The translations under genes were made by a program, and so were the position numbers. The notes beneath the pieces are model-generated. The model was given only the letters and a program-made list of their open reading frames with translations. It ran no database searches and was not told the origin of the DNA. This document shows positions 28,789-32,000 of a stretch of 32,000 nucleotides of DNA, piece by piece. The stretch's first letter is position 1. The number at the start of each line of letters is the position of its first letter. Origin of the DNA: an archaeon (GTDB taxonomy: Archaea > Iainarchaeota > Iainarchaeia > Iainarchaeales > CSSED10-239); NCBI GenBank assembly GCA_041657425.1, contig JBBABY010000003.1:30001-62000 (forward strand). The letters run 5' to 3'.

Positions 28789-28992
28789 TTATTCACTCCC
28801 TCTCCAATAAACATGATATTTATCATATCCATGAAACGTTTGATGGACAACTCTTGCCATCAGTCCTTTATATTTGAGATTTTTTACCCAATTTTTCGCG
28901 TCCTGTTTATTATTAGCAGGGTTATTATAATAGTAATAATGACCATCAATTAATTTGCGTTTGGGCATTCCATATGCTTCTTGCTCGGACAT
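28789..28992 (-). CDS. small-protein family member c
   Basis: KLIDGHYYYYNNPANNKQDAKNWVKNLKYKGLMARVVHQTFHGYDKYHVYWRG. Confidence 0.6.
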   Translation of the reverse strand: MSEQEAYGMPKRKLIDGHYYYYNNPANNKQDAKNWVKNLKYKGLMARVVHQTFHGYDKYHVYWRGSE

Positions 28993-28994
28993 AA

Positions 28995-29171
28995 TTATTT
29001 TCTCCTCGTATAAACATTATAAAATCCGGGTCGCTCTTTTTCTATACGCGTATAGTAACCTTCGTCTTCATACTTCTTTTGCCAGTTGCGCGCGCTCTTT
29101 AAACTGCGCACAGTGTGCTTCTTTCGAAAAAGCATACCGCCAAAGCGTTCAAATTTCTCTGTGTCAGGCAT
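28995..29171 (-). CDS. small-protein family member b (58 aa)
   Basis: MPDTEKFERFGGMLFRKKHTVRSLKSARNWQKKYEDEGYYTRIEKERPGFYNVYTRRK. GGAGAAAA is upstream. It is below the ORF-track cutoff. Confidence 0.5.
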   Translation of the reverse strand: MPDTEKFERFGGMLFRKKHTVRSLKSARNWQKKYEDEGYYTRIEKERPGFYNVYTRRK

Positions 29172-29173
29172 TG

Positions 29174-29383
29174 TTATTTTCTCCGTATATAAATATCTAC
29201 AACCATAAATCCATTTTCATCTCGCGTATTTACTGCGCGAACAAGCCATCCTTGCTGCTTAAGTTTCGCTACTTCAATTTCGATTTGGTTCCCACGATGA
29301 ATAGCCATGCGGTCTTGAAGTTTGAATGTTTTCCCACTAAATTGGCGTGTCTTTTTAACAGTGTATCTTTTATCAAATGACAT
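29174..29383 (-). CDS. small-protein family member a
   Basis: AAGGAGG is upstream. FSGKTFKLQDRMAIHRGNQIEIEVAKLKQQGWLVRAVNTRDENGFMVVDIYIRRK. Confidence 0.6.
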   Translation of the reverse strand: MSFDKRYTVKKTRQFSGKTFKLQDRMAIHRGNQIEIEVAKLKQQGWLVRAVNTRDENGFMVVDIYIRRK

Positions 29384-29398
29384 GATTATTTACCTCCT

Positions 29399-29560
29399 TT
29401 AAATTGTAAGTATATATTTCTGGGTTGGTGTCAACTTTCGCTTATGAGATTGACTTCTCTTTATAGATTTTAATGTTCGATTTGCCCCTCTACCTGTAGC
29501 AATATTTCTACCAATGTGAGGGTTGCTTCTCTGTGATGGTTTGTGTGATTGTCTTATCAT
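29399..29560 (-). CDS. possible 53-aa highly basic ORF, first gene of the long operon
   Basis: MIRQSHKPSQRSNPHIGRNIATGRGANRTLKSIKRSQSHKRKLTPTQKYILTI. GAGAGAGG is upstream, and TATA-like boxes lie at 29591-29630 on the minus strand. Confidence 0.4.
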   Translation of the reverse strand: MIRQSHKPSQRSNPHIGRNIATGRGANRTLKSIKRSQSHKRKLTPTQKYILTI

Positions 29561-29791
29561 TTTTCAACCTCTCTCAATTTATCTCACAAAAGGAGACATT
29601 TTGATATATAAATCTACACTCTCATTATATTTAAACGTTTGCTTTAAGAAGAGAATTTATAAAAAAGATATCTTATTTTATATTTTTATTTTGAGAGAGT
29701 GTGTGGTGAAAACATGCCAAGAAGCACATACCTTGTTCCTTCGGGAACACTCACCTTCAGGATTTAGAAGGATCATCGCCGGGATAAATAT

Positions 29792-29944
29792 TTAATGGGT
29801 GAATGAATCACAACCTTTTAAATCCGATTTTTTGAAATCACATTTGGCATTTTTACAATATTCACAGATTGGAACAATCATTCCGGGTAGATACCCTCTC
29901 CAAACACCATCCTTTTTATCGTATCCAAATCGTGGTTTAATCAT
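29792..29944 (-). CDS. possible 50-aa Cys-containing ORF
   Basis: MIKPRFGYDKKDGVWRGYLPGMIVPICEYCKNAKCDFKKSDLKGCDSFTH. It is below the ORF-track cutoff. The plus-strand ORF 29799..30020 is the competing model. Confidence 0.4.
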   Translation of the reverse strand: MIKPRFGYDKKDGVWRGYLPGMIVPICEYCKNAKCDFKKSDLKGCDSFTH

Positions 29945-29957
29945 TATAATTACCAAA

Positions 29958-30110
29958 TTAAATTGTTGTCACCAATTCATATGGTGGTATGATTATCCCC
30001 ATTGCACACATATGTGGTAAATCATCAATTTTATGTGTTTTAAAAATACATTCTCTTAATGATCCACAACTATTACACTTCCAAATATATGTGTATCTCA
30101 TATCTTCCAT
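29958..30110 (-). CDS. possible 50-aa zinc-ribbon-like ORF
   Basis: MEDMRYTYIWKCNSCGSLRECIFKTHKIDDLPHMCAMGIIIPPYELVTTI. It starts 9 nt after the stop of the NTase gene. Confidence 0.4.
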   Translation of the reverse strand: MEDMRYTYIWKCNSCGSLRECIFKTHKIDDLPHMCAMGIIIPPYELVTTI

Positions 30111-30119
30111 ATTATAACC

Positions 30120-30782
30120 TCAATTTTTAATCCTTACTCGAAATCCATCAAAGATTTCGATCATCCTTATATCATATAAGAAATCTTCAAATGGTTTGGG
30201 GTCTGTTTCATCTGGCAACATAGATTTTTCTTTTGCAATATCTAGATATCTAAACCACTTTCCAATATTCTCATTTGTTACTTCATCTTCCGGTGGTTCA
30301 AATTCAATTTTGTGGTTCATCAACATTGTAACACCAAATTGAAGCGTTCGCATGGTTGCTGCTTTGCTTTTCATAGGGTCTTTTACTGTTGCGTGTTTTA
30401 TTGCGTCGTTAAGTTGTGAATGTGCCATTCCATTGATTGACGCATAAGATGATTTGGAAAGATTGTTAATTGCAATTTCGCGGAGTTTTACTAGCCATTC
30501 GCTATTCTTATGAACGATTGGTGAACAAACACTCCATATTGCATTCACATTGCCTTTCTTAAGCAGATAAACAAGATGCCCAATTTCCATATATTGTGCA
30601 TCAATTTCTTTACCTTCGTAAATGTAAGATTTTGCTGCGCGTGTCTTTTCAAATGTGCTGGTTCGTAAATACTCCAATGATGGTTGCTGAAATACATGAA
30701 ACAAATCATAATCCGAATCTGGTTTATTCATCCCCCACATGCGGGAACCTACTTCGGTGGTGAAAAGGTAATAGACGGTCAT
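30120..30782 (-). CDS. Pol-beta superfamily nucleotidyltransferase (RlaP/PF10127-like)
   Basis: The N-terminus is VGSRMWGMNKPDSDYDLFHVF (GS-x9-DxD NTase signature), followed by a helical C-terminal domain. The product is 220 aa. Confidence 0.8.
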   Translation of the reverse strand: MTVYYLFTTEVGSRMWGMNKPDSDYDLFHVFQQPSLEYLRTSTFEKTRAAKSYIYEGKEIDAQYMEIGHLVYLLKKGNVNAIWSVCSPIVHKNSEWLVKLREIAINNLSKSSYASINGMAHSQLNDAIKHATVKDPMKSKAATMRTLQFGVTMLMNHKIEFEPPEDEVTNENIGKWFRYLDIAKEKSMLPDETDPKPFEDFLYDIRMIEIFDGFRVRIKN

Positions 30783-30785
30783 GGT

Positions 30786-31301
30786 TTAATCCCAATAATG
30801 ACTTGGTTTCCCATTCACCCACTCGTGTCTATGCGCTTCATCCCATGTTACTTCAACGGTCACGCGATTATCATCTCGATAATATCTGTCGTTGTAGTAA
30901 TAATATCGGGTGTTACTCCAATAGTGCGAGATTATGTTTACATAATCTGTTTTATACACAATGGATGAAAACGGTGTGTAAGTTGAAACAACGTGAAACT
31001 GCACACGATCTCCTACATTTAATTCATCATAATACGAATATGGAACATTGAAAGTGCGATCATCTTCTCTTATATTTATCTGGCAAAATCCGCCGCTGGT
31101 TGTCATGGAATCTACGGTTACAACATTTGTAAGATATGAAGTGGGTTCTGGTGTTGGAGTGGGTGTAACTGTTACAACTATTGGAGTAGTTGTGGTATTC
31201 ACATGCCCATAATTGTATCCTGCATATGCGACAGATGCCGCTAAAAGCAGGATTGCAATGACCAAGATTGGTGTTGTACATTTTGATGTGTCGATTAACA
31301 T
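30786..31301 (-). CDS. membrane-anchored protein with TPTPTPEP linker
   Basis: N-terminal TM helix ILVIAILLLAASVAYAG, linker TTTTPIVVTVTPTPTPEPT, then a Tyr-rich beta-type domain. Confidence 0.65.
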   Translation of the reverse strand: MLIDTSKCTTPILVIAILLLAASVAYAGYNYGHVNTTTTPIVVTVTPTPTPEPTSYLTNVVTVDSMTTSGGFCQINIREDDRTFNVPYSYYDELNVGDRVQFHVVSTYTPFSSIVYKTDYVNIISHYWSNTRYYYYNDRYYRDDNRVTVEVTWDEAHRHEWVNGKPSHYWD

Positions 31302-31356
31302 TTCTTTTTCACCACTTTGTTATTCTTATATACGTTATATTACTATTTATACCTTT

Positions 31357-31770
31357 TTACACTTCAATATACTTCCCATGATTATGGTCATCGTTTGGAG
31401 CAATATACGCCACTTCTAATTCTGGATATCCTTTAACAATATTTCCATGTTCTACTTCTGCCGTATAAGTACATCTTTTAACTTGCTTTCCCCATGCACC
31501 GCGACTTTCGAAATACAAAATATTGCCAGATGTTGTAATAACTTCGAGATTTGTCAAATCCACAGACCTTACAGTATATGTAATCATGTTGGGTAAAGAA
31601 TATGGATAAATTGTGGGTGTTGGTGTAGGAGTAGCAACAGTTTGATAAATAACCACGGGCTGCTGGGGATTCATCCGATCCATCACAATACCAGCCCCAC
31701 ACGCCAATATGAACCCCGCTATTAGGGTTATAGCAATAATGTATAAGGCTTTCAGAAGTTCTTCTTGCAT
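31357..31770 (-). CDS. membrane-anchored protein with TPTPTPT linker (architectural paralog of 30786..31301)
   Basis: ATG 31770 gives MQEELLKALYIIAITLIAGFILACGAGIV...ATPTPTPTIYP. The longer GTG-initiated ORF would overlap the ThyA-like gene. Confidence 0.6.
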   Translation of the reverse strand: MQEELLKALYIIAITLIAGFILACGAGIVMDRMNPQQPVVIYQTVATPTPTPTIYPYSLPNMITYTVRSVDLTNLEVITTSGNILYFESRGAWGKQVKRCTYTAEVEHGNIVKGYPELEVAYIAPNDDHNHGKYIEV

Positions 31771-31801
31771 AAAAGAGTATTGTGGGTAATTGTATTTATA
31801 A

Positions 31802-32000
31802 TTAATGCCACAATTTTTTAAATTCGTTGATTTGTGATTGATCTCTCTTGAAATAAATATGCGCACTCAAACTTGTAATTTCCATCCACCCAAATTCGAC
31901 ACCACCCAATTTATCAACTACCATTTTCTGTAAGATCATTAAAGCATATGCATTGCTCCCCCACGCGCTTAACATATCATTAGACCTAAATAACGCGTGC
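31802..32000 (-). CDS. 3' end of a thymidylate synthase (ThyA) / dNMP hydroxymethylase family gene, 5' part outside the window
   Basis: The open frame from 31999 to TAA 31802-31804 gives RSNDMLSAWGSNAYALMILQKMVVDKLGGVEFGWMEITSLSAHIYFKRDQSQINEF. This aligns with the ThyA region RSxDxxLGxPFNIxxYxxL...GDxHxY. Confidence 0.6.
   Translation of the reverse strand, partial: HALFRSNDMLSAWGSNAYALMILQKMVVDKLGGVEFGWMEITSLSAHIYFKRDQSQINEFKKLWH

Noticed and set aside
29523-30020. Plus-strand ORFs 29523..29795 and 29799..30020
   Set aside because: The first spans an AT-rich promoter/terminator intergenic region with no RBS. The second is antisense to two short Cys-containing minus-strand ORFs that continue the upstream operon. 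The evidence for either model is weak.
1-32000. Stop-codon reassignment or a suppressor tRNA, considered because of the in-frame TAA at 26368 and the missing starts
   Set aside because: TAA, TAG and TGA all terminate well-delimited genes that are immediately followed by RBS plus ATG, for example TGA 1210, TAG 1384 and TAA 1758. None of the eight tRNAs has a stop-complementary anticodon.
1-32000. CRISPR arrays, long tandem repeats, integrase/att sites, or capsid, portal and terminase genes
   Set aside because: I found no regularly spaced direct repeats and no recognisable recombinase or structural-protein motifs in any frame. Absence of evidence by eye is not proof.

Overview
AT-rich (mid-30s % GC by eye), very tightly packed, virus-like window. 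I see no rRNA, CRISPR array, integrase, capsid gene or terminase gene. Recognisable content, left to right:

- **Plus-strand operon (280-6130):** a metallophosphoesterase, a frameshifted DUF4406-like gene, small membrane proteins, and an archaeo-eukaryotic-type family B DNA polymerase. The polymerase carries a 328-aa LAGLIDADG intein.
- **tRNA array (6261-7158):** eight tRNA genes (5 Leu, 2 Ser, 1 Thr), almost all class II. Several have non-canonical loops.
- **Homing-endonuclease-rich stretch:** an HNH/NUMOD3 gene plus a paralog, and two GIY-YIG genes.
- **Minus-strand operon (about 15430 to 10811):** a radical SAM/SPASM gene is split by a GIY-YIG gene. It is translationally coupled to four tandem paralogs sharing an invariant N-terminal GF[VI]SNSSSSSF motif.
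- **Plus-strand block (16156-20331):** membrane proteins dense in N-x-S/T sequons, followed by a GT-C (PMT/ArnT-like) glycosyltransferase.
- **Long minus-strand operon (29560 to 20879):** about 45 tiny genes. At least 16 belong to one diverged 55-75 aa family.
- **Right end:** a Pol-beta-type nucleotidyltransferase, two TPTPTP-linker membrane proteins, and the 3' end of a thymidylate-synthase-like gene.

Promoter-like TATA boxes sit 22-30 nt upstream of tRNA 5' ends and of several ATGs. Together with strong GGAGG/GGTGA ribosome-binding sites and the polymerase type, this suggests an archaeal virus or virus-like element, but the host is not proven.

All coordinates, folds and motif counts were derived by hand from the sequence. 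No database search was possible.
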